From Myxococcota bacterium (GTDB lineage Bacteria; Myxococcota_A; UBA796; CAJQPC01): 64,000 nucleotides of DNA. The stretch covers positions 1 to 64,000 of the forward strand of contig DASCPX010000149.1 in the NCBI GenBank assembly GCA_036012755.1, written 5' to 3'. Below are positions 40,651 through 50,135 of this stretch, piece after piece. How positions within the stretch are numbered: position 1 is the stretch's first letter; every line of letters begins with the position of its first letter. The position numbers and the translations under genes are program-made. The notes beneath the pieces were generated by a model. It had not been told where the DNA came from. It did no database searches and worked only from the letters and a program-made list of their open reading frames with translations.

Positions 40651-41889
40651 ATGCTCCTGTTCTGCGCGGCGGCCCTCGCGGCCGACCGGATGACCCCGAC
40701 GGTGAAGGCCGTACAGCAAGCCGCCCCGTCGGTCGTCGCCATCGAAACCGAGATGACGGTCGCGAATCCCTTTCCGCTGTGGGGGCCCTCCCAGTTCGAG
40801 ACGACCTCGCAAGGCAGCGGCGTCGTCATCGACGAGGCGGGCATCGTCCTCACCAACGCCCACGTGGTGCACGGGGCCAACGAGATCACCGTCCACACCT
40901 CGGACGGCCGGTCCCACGTGGCCCGGCTCATCGGCATGGAGTCGAACCTCGACCTCGCCGTGCTCAGCCTCCGGGTCGATGACCCCCTCCCCACGATCGA
41001 GCTCGGGACCAGCTCGGACCTGATGCTGGGGGAACCCGTCATCGCCATCGGCAACCCATACGGTCTGGGCCAGACCGTCTCGACGGGGGTCGTCTCCTCC
41101 GTCTCGCGCGAGGTCGAGATCCAGACGGGCATCGTCCAGGACTACGTCCAGACAGACGCCGCCATCAACCCGGGCAACTCCGGCGGCGCGCTCGTCAACA
41201 TCGAGGGCGAGCTCATCGGGATCAACACCGCCATCCACGCCCAGGCAGAAGGTATCGGCTTCGCCATCCCGGTCGACCGGGCCTACAAGGTGGCCCAGGA
41301 TCTGATGCTGTATGGAAAGGTCAACGTGCCGTGGCTGGGCACGGACCTTGGAGACCTCTCACGGCGCCGACTCGAGGGAACCCCCCTCGAGGAAGGCGCC
41401 GTCGTCGTCGACGCCGTCCACGACGACAGCCCGGCGGCGACGGCGGGTATCGAACACGGAGACCTGCTCTACAAGGCCGACGGACGTCCGATCCATTCCC
41501 GCGCCGACCTCAACGCCTACCTGTCCCAGAAGGACCCCGGGGAGAAGGTCTCGCTGTCGCTGTATCGGGGCACTCGCCCGCTGAAGGTCAGCATCGTCAC
41601 CACGGCCTTTCCAGAGGACCTCGTAGACACGGTCATCGGTACGACCATGGGCATCGAGCTCGAGCCGGGTGGCTTCGGACTGCTCGTCTCAGAGGTCGAC
41701 CCCGACGGGAGCTGGGCGGACGCCGGCCTCAAGACCGGCGACATCATCCTGGCGGTCAACGGCCAGGCCATCAAGAAGCCGGAGGATCTCCGCGCTGCCC
41801 TCGTGGACGCAAAGTCCGGGCACCGCTCCTCCGCCACGTTCACCATCGCCCGCGGCAACCACCGCGGGTCTGTCACCCTCCGCATCTGA
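40651..41889 (+). CDS. degP: HtrA/DegP serine protease with two PDZ domains
   Basis: GSGVVI, TNAHVV, DLAVL, DAAINPGNSGG. Start is ATG 40651 or 40642. Confidence 0.92.
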   Translation: MLLFCAAALAADRMTPTVKAVQQAAPSVVAIETEMTVANPFPLWGPSQFETTSQGSGVVIDEAGIVLTNAHVVHGANEITVHTSDGRSHVARLIGMESNLDLAVLSLRVDDPLPTIELGTSSDLMLGEPVIAIGNPYGLGQTVSTGVVSSVSREVEIQTGIVQDYVQTDAAINPGNSGGALVNIEGELIGINTAIHAQAEGIGFAIPVDRAYKVAQDLMLYGKVNVPWLGTDLGDLSRRRLEGTPLEEGAVVVDAVHDDSPAATAGIEHGDLLYKADGRPIHSRADLNAYLSQKDPGEKVSLSLYRGTRPLKVSIVTTAFPEDLVDTVIGTTMGIELEPGGFGLLVSEVDPDGSWADAGLKTGDIILAVNGQAIKKPEDLRAALVDAKSGHRSSATFTIARGNHRGSVTLRI

Positions 41890-41896
41890 GGTTCCC

Positions 41897-42184
41897 ATGT
41901 CCGACGCCGCTGCTCCTCGTCCTCCCGAGAGGATCGAGCTCACGGTCAGCTTCTCCTCCTTCCTCGTCTCCCTCGGGCGCGCCGCGCTCGCGCAGCTCGG
42001 CTACACCCAGGACGGCACGACGGATCCGGACTTCGAGGGTGCCCGCCAGACGGTGCAGTTGATCGCTGTGCTGCAGGACAAGACATCAGGCAACCTGGAC
42101 GACGAGGAGAGCCGCCTGCTCGAGAGCATCCTGGTCGAGTTGAGGCTGAAGACCGAGGAGGCAAAGAAGCGCCAAAAGGCCTGA
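41897..42184 (+). CDS. DUF1844 domain protein
   Basis: FSSFLVSL..AALAQLG, ARQTV, KTSGNL..EE.RLL...L.ELRL. Confidence 0.8.
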   Translation: MSDAAAPRPPERIELTVSFSSFLVSLGRAALAQLGYTQDGTTDPDFEGARQTVQLIAVLQDKTSGNLDDEESRLLESILVELRLKTEEAKKRQKA

Positions 42185-42205
42185 GATCGGTAAAAAATCC
42201 GCTGA

Positions 42206-42235
42206 TTGACACCCCGCAGAAAGCGCGGGTAGGTT
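42206..42235 (+). promoter_or_regulatory. Sigma70-like promoter
   Basis: TTGACA-N18-TAGGTT with an A-tract upstream. Confidence 0.5.
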
Positions 42236-42277
42236 CCTCCGCTTAAAAGGACTGGTCTTGTATCGGAGGAGACCCAC

Positions 42278-43285
42278 ATGATTGCGATTCTGGCTGCCCT
42301 GACGGGCTGCAACGGAGAGCCCGAAGACTCTGCAGTTCCCTGCGGTGTCGAGATCAGCGACAAGGACATCTGGCCCGCCGCCGGATCGACTGACTTCTAC
42401 TACAGGGGCGCCATCGAAGTGCACCTGTCCGACGCTGACGACACGGCCGAGATCAGCATGGACGCCGACGGCGTCTCCGGAACCAGCTGGCGCAGCGACG
42501 ATGACAAGACTGTCTTCTTCCAGCCGGACGCCCCGCTAGCGCCCAGCACCCCCTACAGCTACACGGTCTCCTACTGCACCGCGGACGTTGTCATCGACTT
42601 CACCACCTCCGGGCTCGGCGAGGACATCGCGGACGTCGACGGTCTCGTCGGACAGGTCTACGAGCTCGACCTCGCCAGCGGTCGCATCGTCGTCCCAGAG
42701 GGTGTCGGCTCCGTGCTGGAGTCCTACCTGACGGTCCAGGTGTTGCTGGAGGTGCTCAGCTCCGGCGACGAGATCGAGTTCCTCGGCGCCATCGCTGACG
42801 AGGACAACCCCGGCACCCAGGACTTCTGCATCCAGACCCTGGAGTTCCCGGAGGCCGCCGACTTCAGCGACGCGCCCTACTTCGTGATCGGCCCGGCGAC
42901 CACGACCATCTCCGTCGCCGACTACGAGGTCACCATCGAGGATCTCGAGATCAGCGGCACCTTCTCCGCAGACGGCACCTGGTTCGGCGGCGCGGTCTTC
43001 GCCGGTTCGATCGACACGCGCCCGCTGGCCGAGCTCGTCGGTGACGACGAAGAGGAAGACGCGGTCTGCAACCTCGTCGCCGGCTTCGGCGTCAGCTGCA
43101 TCGAGTGCCCCGACAGCACGCACTACTGCCTCGAGATCAGGGCCGTGGACCTCTCCGCCATCGCCGTCGACACCGACGTCGAGGAGGTCGCCGAGGAAGA
43201 CTGCTACGAGAGCTGCGCGGACTCCTGCGACAACGCGGAGTGCGACACGACTGACTGGGCCATCTGCGAAGAGGTCCCAGAGTGA
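42278..43285 (+). CDS. Acidic Ig-like (Big_5-type) lipoprotein, paralog 1
   Basis: Lipobox LTGC; VFFQPDAPLAPSTPY; Cys-rich C-terminus. Confidence 0.8.
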   Translation: MIAILAALTGCNGEPEDSAVPCGVEISDKDIWPAAGSTDFYYRGAIEVHLSDADDTAEISMDADGVSGTSWRSDDDKTVFFQPDAPLAPSTPYSYTVSYCTADVVIDFTTSGLGEDIADVDGLVGQVYELDLASGRIVVPEGVGSVLESYLTVQVLLEVLSSGDEIEFLGAIADEDNPGTQDFCIQTLEFPEAADFSDAPYFVIGPATTTISVADYEVTIEDLEISGTFSADGTWFGGAVFAGSIDTRPLAELVGDDEEEDAVCNLVAGFGVSCIECPDSTHYCLEIRAVDLSAIAVDTDVEEVAEEDCYESCADSCDNAECDTTDWAICEEVPE

Positions 43286-44304
43286 GCCTCCTTCTCCTGG
43301 CCGCCCTCGGTTGCGACGGCGGCACCATCGACCTCGATGACTCGGGCGTCCCTGATGGGGACACCGACACCGACACCGACGCCGACACCGACACCGACGC
43401 TGACACGGACGCCGACTCCGACACCGACTGCGACATCCCGGTCGCCTACCTCGATCCGGGGACCGGAACAGTGGGTGTCAGCCCGACACCGGTCCTGACT
43501 GCCTGGTTCGACAGGCCCGCGACAGAAGAGGACATCTCCCTGTCGCTGTCCGGCTCGGAGGGTGAGCTCGACGGCGCCGTGGAGCTGGTCAACAGCGCGA
43601 TGGGCGCGACCTTCACGCCCAACGAGGAGCTGGCTCGGTCCGCCTCCTACACCTTCAGCGTGACGACCTGCTCGGACGCCGCAGAGAGCACCTTCACGAC
43701 CGTGGACGGTCCCCTCGACGGCAACATCCTGAAAGGACGTGTCTACGACATCGATCTGAACACCGTGACCTGGCACTCGCCGTCCTCGACGACGGGGTCG
43801 CTCCTGCTCTCGCAGCTCGACACCGACCACATCCTCATCCTGGTGGAAGAGGTCGACGAGACCGCAGAGACCATCACGATGACCGGCGCGATGGGGCTGG
43901 TGGATGGCAGCCTGCAGCAGTACCGGTGCGCAGAGGCCATCGCCTTCCCAGAGGCGGACTTCTCCACGAACCCCTACTTCCAGGCGGGGCCGGAGGACAC
44001 GACCCTCGGCGCGGCCGGCTACGAGCTCCAGGTCATCGACTTCATGGTCAACGGCGCCTTCTCGGAAGACGGCGACGAGATGCAGAACGTCGGGGTCGTG
44101 GGCTACATCAACCTCGCTGACCTCGTCATCAGCGGCTACGAGGGCTGCGATCTGCTCGCCCTCGGCGGCGACTCCTGCATCGCCTGCCCGGACACGGGTG
44201 AGGAGACCTGCGCCTACCTCGACGTCGAGGACAGCACGGCTCCCTACGAGGCCGGCGTCACCGTCGACCCGAACATCGACCCGAGCACCGAACCCGGCTG
44301 CTGA
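43282..44304 (+). CDS. Acidic Ig-like (Big_5-type) lipoprotein, paralog 2
   Basis: GTGA overlap; lipobox ALGC; DTDADT repeat; TFTPNEELARSASY. Confidence 0.8.
   Translation: MSLLLLAALGCDGGTIDLDDSGVPDGDTDTDTDADTDTDADTDADSDTDCDIPVAYLDPGTGTVGVSPTPVLTAWFDRPATEEDISLSLSGSEGELDGAVELVNSAMGATFTPNEELARSASYTFSVTTCSDAAESTFTTVDGPLDGNILKGRVYDIDLNTVTWHSPSSTTGSLLLSQLDTDHILILVEEVDETAETITMTGAMGLVDGSLQQYRCAEAIAFPEADFSTNPYFQAGPEDTTLGAAGYELQVIDFMVNGAFSEDGDEMQNVGVVGYINLADLVISGYEGCDLLALGGDSCIACPDTGEETCAYLDVEDSTAPYEAGVTVDPNIDPSTEPGC
43360..43428 (+). repeat. Coding 6-bp repeat (Asp-Thr/Ala/Ser)
   Basis: gacacc/gacgcc units; a similar tract lies at about 5525-5572. Confidence 0.85.
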
Positions 44305-44319
44305 TCAGCCCGGCTCGAG

Positions 44320-44355
44320 AGCCCCCGAGACGCCCTTGGCATCTCGGGGGTTTTT
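44320..44355 (+). terminator. Rho-independent terminator
   Basis: CCCCCGAGA.GCC-ctt-GGC.TCTCGGGGG followed by TTTTT. Confidence 0.8.
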
Positions 44356-44380
44356 GCGTCCGGAGACGGTACGATGTCCC

Positions 44381-44920
44381 ATGGTGGCCACCGCGCTGCT
44401 GCTGGCCTCTTGCACCGGCGGGAGCCCGATCGAACTGAGCGATGGCGCCAGCGTCGGCAGCTCCGGCCTGCATCTCCAGCGGGGCGGGGGAGAGCTCGGA
44501 CTGCACTTCACCGACTGGGGACGAGAGGCTGCGCTAGCCCAGGTGGGTCCGGCGGTCCCCCGAGCCATCGACGGCACGACCGAACTGTGACGGGGTGCTG
44601 GACGCGGACGCAGCTGGCGCCACCACCTGGTACCCCGATCTCGACAGGGACCGATTCACCGACCCCGACGGGGCCTTCGTCGAGTGTGGGACCGAGCGGC
44701 CGGGCTACGTCCGGGAGCCCAGCGTCCTGCCCGACTGCGACGGGCGCGATCCCGCTCGAATCCAGCGGCGCTCGCCGGAGGAGGAGGCGACCGGCTGCAG
44801 CTCCGCGGCCCAGCACGACCAGGCGGGACCTGGCTCTTGTTGGCCCTGGTGACCCTGGCAGGGCTCAGGCGCGCAAACCCTCGAGGACCCCTCGGAAGTC
44901 GTCCGGGACATCGCGGCTGA
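44381..44920 (+). pseudogene. Decayed surface protein: lipobox, metal-binding (MopE-like) repeat, MYXO-CTERM-like tail spread over three frames
   Basis: MVATALLLASC...TTEL*, then NCDGVLDAD..TWYPDLDRD..DCDG..GCSSAA in a second frame, then GGTWLLLALVTLAGLRR in a third. Confidence 0.65.
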
Positions 44921-45779
44921 AGGACATGCGTTCACCGCTGCGCGGGTGGTCGAAGGCCAGCACCCGGGCGTGCAGCAGCTGGTGGTCTACATCCGTCAGG
45001 AGCTCGCGGATGTGCACCGGAGGGGTCTGGCGGTCCCGGTAGACCGGGTCCCCGAGGATCGGCCAGCCCCGAGCGGAGAGGTGGACGCGGACCTGGTGCG
45101 TGCGTCCGGTGTGGAGCGTGCAGCACAAGAGCGTCGCCCGGTCGAAGCGCTCCTGGACGCGCCAGTCCGTGGTGGCGTGGCGTCCCTCCAGCACCTCCGC
45201 CTGCCGCATGCGGTCTCGCGGATGCCGTCCCAGCTGAGACTCGATGCGGCCGCCCTTCAGATCGGGTGATCCGAGCACCAGCGCGTCGTAGCGCCGCTCC
45301 ACCGAGTGGGCCGTGAACTGCTCCTTGAGCGAGGCGTGGGCGAGGTCGTTCTTGGCGATGACCATCACCCCGCTGGTGCCCTTGTCGAGGCGGTGGACGA
45401 TACCCGGGCGCTCGACGCCGCCGATGCCGCTCAGATCGCCCAGCGCGTGGAGCAGACCGTGGACGAGGGTGCCGCGGTCGTGCCCCTTGGACGGGTGGAC
45501 CACCATGCCCGCGCGCTTGTCGACGACGGCGACGTCGCGATCCTCGAACAAGAGCGACAGCTGCAGGTCCTCTGGCTCCAGCGACAGCGGGACGATCTGC
45601 GGCACCTCGAGGGAGACCACGGAGCCCACGTTGGGCTTGAACGCGGGCTTTCGCGGCAGACCGTCGACCAGCACGTTGCCCCCATCGATCAGCGCCTTGA
45701 TGCGGCTCCTCGAGAGCTCGGGGAGCTGGCGACAGAGCAGCTTGTCGAGTCGCTCCCGGCGCCCGACGGTGATCTCCAC
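44865..45779 (-). CDS. rluD: RluA/RluD family pseudouridine synthase
   Basis: S4 domain RLDK...SRSRI, GMVVHP, HRLDKGTSG, TGRTHQVRVH; GTG 45779. Confidence 0.9.
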   Translation of the reverse strand: MEITVGRRERLDKLLCRQLPELSRSRIKALIDGGNVLVDGLPRKPAFKPNVGSVVSLEVPQIVPLSLEPEDLQLSLLFEDRDVAVVDKRAGMVVHPSKGHDRGTLVHGLLHALGDLSGIGGVERPGIVHRLDKGTSGVMVIAKNDLAHASLKEQFTAHSVERRYDALVLGSPDLKGGRIESQLGRHPRDRMRQAEVLEGRHATTDWRVQERFDRATLLCCTLHTGRTHQVRVHLSARGWPILGDPVYRDRQTPPVHIRELLTDVDHQLLHARVLAFDHPRSGERMSFSRDVPDDFRGVLEGLRA

Positions 45780-45783
45780 GCCC

Positions 45784-46617
45784 TCAGCCGTTGCGCGCGT
45801 TGGCGTACAGAGCCATGTAGCCCTCGACGAGGGCGTCCTCGTCGAGCCCCAGGGCGCCTGCGATCTCCCGGAGGTAGCCACGCACGAAGACAGCGGGCGG
45901 CAGGCGCTCGAAGTCGTTGGCCTCTATGGCCTCTATGTAGCGGGTGGCGATGCGGGTGGTGCCGGAGAGTCCCTCGACGGTGAGCCCCTTTGATGCACGA
46001 ACCGAGGCGATGTACCGTCCGTCGTGACCGACGTGTCGGGCCACGTCCCCGGGTGCAGGGTCCGCGACGGCCGGCTCGAAGACGGCAGGCGCCGTGCGCG
46101 GAGGGGGCAGGTCCAGGTCGGCGAGGCCACCGGGCTCGGGGAGGGGCGCCGCGGCGTGAGCCGCTCGCGCGTGCCGCTCCTCCTGAGAGAGCATCGAGAC
46201 GGCGGAAGGCCTGGACACCGAGCGCGCGGGCTCGGTGCGTTCCTGGCTGGGGTCCGTGAAGCCCTCGCCGACGTCCAGCTCCGTCAGGGCGCGGACGACC
46301 TCGACGGCGGCGGCAGAGGTGGGGTCTACGAGACCCTCCTGGACGCGATCCCAGAGCTCCTCTGGCGCCCCTGGCAACCCCTCCGCGTCGAGCTCGAGCA
46401 ACAGGTCGTAGCGGCGACGGCGAGAGGGCTCCGTGAGCACTTCGAAGGCCTCTCGCACCGAGTCCCGCTCGGACTCGAGGACCGAGGTGTCCGCCCCCGA
46501 GCTGCAGGCCTGCCGGAGCTTCTTCACGAGGCGGGCGAGGTTTCGATGGTAGCCCTCGCGCACCTGTTCCTCGGACGCGCCCTGCGGGACCCCGAGCCGG
46601 TCGTAGAAAGAAGCCAT
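45784..46617 (-). CDS. J-like domain + RodZ-type helix-turn-helix protein
   Basis: FYDRLGV..AS...AFEVL..P.RRRRYD (no HPD); TRIATRYIEAIE...LPPAVFVRGYL. Confidence 0.8.
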   Translation of the reverse strand: MASFYDRLGVPQGASEEQVREGYHRNLARLVKKLRQACSSGADTSVLESERDSVREAFEVLTEPSRRRRYDLLLELDAEGLPGAPEELWDRVQEGLVDPTSAAAVEVVRALTELDVGEGFTDPSQERTEPARSVSRPSAVSMLSQEERHARAAHAAAPLPEPGGLADLDLPPPRTAPAVFEPAVADPAPGDVARHVGHDGRYIASVRASKGLTVEGLSGTTRIATRYIEAIEANDFERLPPAVFVRGYLREIAGALGLDEDALVEGYMALYANARNG

Positions 46618-46628
46618 AGGTCCTCCCC

Positions 46629-47957
46629 TTAGCCCGTCGCGACCGCGCGGCACACGGCGTCCGCGACGACCTCGACGTCTCCAGGCAACAGCGTGCGCGG
46701 GTCGAGGAGGACCGCGTCACGAGCGACACGGGCCACGACGGGCGGGTCGTTCGCCCGGAGCGCCGCGGCGAGCTCGTCCGGTGAGCTCCCGCGCAAGGCC
46801 ACGACACGGGTCGGGAGGCCCACCCCCGGGAGCGCGCCGCCTCCGGTGTAGCCGACATCGTCCTCGATGCTGAGCTCGAGACCGCAGCCGGAGAGCGCCT
46901 GCAACAGCGCCGTCGGATCGACCGTCCCGCGCAGCATTCTGAGGGTGGGGATGCTGTCGAGGTCCCCGGAGACGTAGACGCGCAGGGTGGCCTCCAGCGC
47001 GGCCAGGGCGAGCTTGTCGAGGCGGAGGGCGCGGTAGAGGGCGTGCTCTCGGCAGCCCCGGACGCAGTCGGCGCGACCGGCGAGGATGCCCGCCTGCGGT
47101 CCGCCGAGGAGCTTGTCCCCCGAGAAACAGACGAGGTCAGCCCCGTCCCGGAGGACGTCCCCTGCGAGGGGCTCGTCGCCGAGCCCGCTGACCAGCGCAC
47201 CGCTGCCGAGGTCCTCGACGAGCGGAAGCCCGGCTCGACGAGCGATCTCGGCGAGCTCGCTGGTCGATGGACGCTCGGTGAAGCCGAGGATCCGGAAGTT
47301 CGAGGGATGGACACGCAACAGCACGCCGGTGCGCTCGGTGATGGCGGCGGCGTAGTCCGCCGCGTGGGTCCGGTTGGTGGTGCCGACCTCGACGAGCCGG
47401 GCCCCGGACTGGGCGCAGACCTCTGGGATGCGGAAGCTGCCTCCGATCTCGACGAGCTCGCCGCGGGAGACGATGACCTCGCGACCTCGGGCCAGGGCAG
47501 CGAGCGCGAGCAGCACAGCGGCCGCGTTGTTGTTGACGGCGATGGCGTCCTCGCAGCCGAGCAGGTTGCGCAGCGGGCCGCGGACCCCGTCGAGGCGTCC
47601 GCCGCGGTGGCCACTGGAGAGCTCCAGCTCGCAGTTCGAGTAGCCACGCGCGACCTCGGCCACGGCCTGGGCGGCCTGCTCCGGCAGCGGAGCGCGTCCG
47701 AGGTTCGTGTGGAGCACCACGCCGGTGGCGTTGATGACCCGACGCAGCCGCATGCGTCGCCACGCCTCGGCCCGATCGAGCACCAGGCGAGGCACATCGG
47801 GCAGGACCCGCAGCTCGCCGGCCCCGATCGCGACCCTCAGCTCGTCGAGGACCTCGCGAGCCGCGTCCGTCGCGAGCCGGGTCGGGAGCTCGGCGAGCAG
47901 CGGCTCCGCGAGCAGGCGATCGACCTTCGGGAGCTGACGGAACAGGGCGCTGGACAC
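46629..47957 (-). CDS. selA: L-seryl-tRNA(Sec) selenium transferase
   Basis: INATGVVLHTNLGRA, VNNNAAA, SRGELVEIGGSFRIP, EVGTTN, FSGDKLLGGPQAG. Confidence 0.96.
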   Translation of the reverse strand: MSSALFRQLPKVDRLLAEPLLAELPTRLATDAAREVLDELRVAIGAGELRVLPDVPRLVLDRAEAWRRMRLRRVINATGVVLHTNLGRAPLPEQAAQAVAEVARGYSNCELELSSGHRGGRLDGVRGPLRNLLGCEDAIAVNNNAAAVLLALAALARGREVIVSRGELVEIGGSFRIPEVCAQSGARLVEVGTTNRTHAADYAAAITERTGVLLRVHPSNFRILGFTERPSTSELAEIARRAGLPLVEDLGSGALVSGLGDEPLAGDVLRDGADLVCFSGDKLLGGPQAGILAGRADCVRGCREHALYRALRLDKLALAALEATLRVYVSGDLDSIPTLRMLRGTVDPTALLQALSGCGLELSIEDDVGYTGGGALPGVGLPTRVVALRGSSPDELAAALRANDPPVVARVARDAVLLDPRTLLPGDVEVVADAVCRAVATG

Positions 47958-47990
47958 GGATGGATTCTAAGCGAGGGTTAGGGATCCGTC

Positions 47991-50135
47991 GTGAATGCCG
48001 TCATCTACGTCCTCGTCGCCGCGCTGGCCGTCGTCCTCGCTGGGCGCGCGACCTACCGCGGGGGACGCACCGACCCGCTCCGCCGGGACTTCGCGCGGCT
48101 CTGCGTGCTCACGGCGTTGACCTACACGAGCTTCTCGATCTACCTGTTCCCGGCGCTGCCTGCGGCCCGCTTCCCCTTCGCGGTGGCCGGCGCCTTCCTG
48201 CCGGTCGCGACGCTGCAGTTCATGGAGAACTTCTTCGCGAGGGACGGCGAGCCGGCTGGACCGCTCCTGCGGCGCCTGTGGGTGGTGACCCCGATCGTCG
48301 CCATCGCCTACCTCGTCGGCGATCTCGTGATCCTGAAGGACATCCCCTCCCCCGGCTCCCTCGAGCTCGTGCTCGGCCTGCTCGTCTACGCGGGCTTCGG
48401 GGTGAACCTGCTGAGCCTCTGGCGGCGCCACGACAAGTCCGAGTACCGGGTCGAGAAGGCGCGCATCCGCTACCTCTTCGGTTTCTTCGCTGCGGCGGTG
48501 GGGTTCTCGGGGCTGGAGGGTCTCGACCGGATCGCGACCGTCGCGCCGGATGTCGTGGCGGCGCTGCCGCTGATCGAGCGCTCGGCCGAGCTCCAGGGAC
48601 ACCTCCCGCCGGTCGGGGCCGCCTTCGCCGGCCTCTTCCTGTTCTTCCTCTACCAGATGCTCACGATGGAGCGCCTGCTGGACCTCAACGAGATCTTCTC
48701 GCGCATCGTCAGCGTGGCAGTGACCGCCGGGGTGCTGGTCAGCATCGTCAGCGTCGCGGTGCTGTGGTTCTCGGCGGCGACCGCCAACCAGGTGCAGACC
48801 ATCTACCACCTCTTCGTCGCCTCGGTCCTGTTCCTCCTGGCCTACGACCCGATCCGCGACCGCATCGAGGGCTACACCGACCGCTGGTTCAACACCCGCG
48901 GCCACCAGCTCACCTTGGCCCTCGACGAGCTCGACCTCGCGCTGCCGAAGATCATCGCGATGGACGACCTGGCCCACACCCTGCTCGAGCGGCTCCACTC
49001 CAGCGGGCGCATCCCGGCGCTCTCGCTCTATGTCTACGACCCGGACCGCAAGCAGGTTCGGCTGGTCCGGAGCAAGGCCAGCGGCGACCACCGACCGATG
49101 CCGACCGTGGCGCTCCACCCCTTCTCCCAGGGCTTCGAGGCCGGTGAGCGTGCCTACGTGCGCAGCGAGCTCGAGCGCCGCGGGAAGTTCCTGCCGGACC
49201 GGGTCGAGGAGTTCGCGGCCCGCATGCGCATCATGGACGGCCTCGACGCCGACCTCGTCGTGCCGATGCGCACGGGAGACTTCGTGCTCGGCTGGCTCGC
49301 CGTGCACGACGAGGACTGGTCCGACGGCTTCTCCCAGGAGGAGATCCTGCGCATGTGCGGCACGATGGCGAAGGCGGCGATCGTGGTCGAGAACATCAAG
49401 GGCTTCGAGAAGACCAAGGAGACCTCGCGCCTGGCCGCCCTCGGCACGATGTCCGCGGGCCTGGCGCACGAGATCCGCAACCCGCTCGCGGGCATCAAGG
49501 GCGCCGCCCAGTACCTCCAGACCCTCGACGTGACCGACGAAGAGGACGAGTTCCTCGGCGTCATCACCCAGGAGACCGACCGCCTCAACAGCGTCGTGTC
49601 GAGCTTCCTGGACTACGCCCGCCACTTCGAGCTCGAGCGCAAGCCGGTGCAGGTCTCCGCCCTCGTGAGCCAGGTCCTCACGCTGGTCCGAGCGCAGGGT
49701 GTGCCAGAAGGGGTGCGCTTGAGCGAGGACCTGGCAGAGGACCTGCCGGAGGTCCCGGCTGACGGGGACAAGGTGCGCCAGGTCGTGCTGAACCTCGTCC
49801 AGAACGCGATCCAGGCACTGCCGGAGGGCGGACATGTCCATGTCTCCACCCTCCGCGGCCACCTCCAGGGCCCCCAGAGTCCGACGAGCCGGGCGATCCT
49901 GATCCGGGTCGCCGACGACGGCGCGGGGATTGCTCCCGACGTGCAGGAGAAGCTCTTCATCCCCTTCTTCACGACCAAGCACGGCGGCACGGGGCTCGGA
50001 CTCCCCGTCTGCCAGCGCATCCTCAAGGCCCACGCTGGCGAGCTCGTCGTCGAGTCCCGTTCAGGTGCCGGCGCGACCTTCGTGGCGAAGCTGCCCGTGC
50101 CAGCCCTACCGAGCCTTCAGGACACCGAGCGGTAG
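47991..50135 (+). CDS. Multi-TM, GAF-containing sensor histidine kinase
   Basis: About 8 TMs; AHEIRNPL, NLVQNAIQA, DDGAGI, FIPFFTTK, GTGLGL. Confidence 0.92.
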   Translation: MNAVIYVLVAALAVVLAGRATYRGGRTDPLRRDFARLCVLTALTYTSFSIYLFPALPAARFPFAVAGAFLPVATLQFMENFFARDGEPAGPLLRRLWVVTPIVAIAYLVGDLVILKDIPSPGSLELVLGLLVYAGFGVNLLSLWRRHDKSEYRVEKARIRYLFGFFAAAVGFSGLEGLDRIATVAPDVVAALPLIERSAELQGHLPPVGAAFAGLFLFFLYQMLTMERLLDLNEIFSRIVSVAVTAGVLVSIVSVAVLWFSAATANQVQTIYHLFVASVLFLLAYDPIRDRIEGYTDRWFNTRGHQLTLALDELDLALPKIIAMDDLAHTLLERLHSSGRIPALSLYVYDPDRKQVRLVRSKASGDHRPMPTVALHPFSQGFEAGERAYVRSELERRGKFLPDRVEEFAARMRIMDGLDADLVVPMRTGDFVLGWLAVHDEDWSDGFSQEEILRMCGTMAKAAIVVENIKGFEKTKETSRLAALGTMSAGLAHEIRNPLAGIKGAAQYLQTLDVTDEEDEFLGVITQETDRLNSVVSSFLDYARHFELERKPVQVSALVSQVLTLVRAQGVPEGVRLSEDLAEDLPEVPADGDKVRQVVLNLVQNAIQALPEGGHVHVSTLRGHLQGPQSPTSRAILIRVADDGAGIAPDVQEKLFIPFFTTKHGGTGLGLPVCQRILKAHAGELVVESRSGAGATFVAKLPVPALPSLQDTER

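Noticed and set aside
44588..44590. TGA as a selenocysteine codon near selA
   Set aside because: In-frame readthrough gives non-protein-like sequence, and homology continues in another frame.
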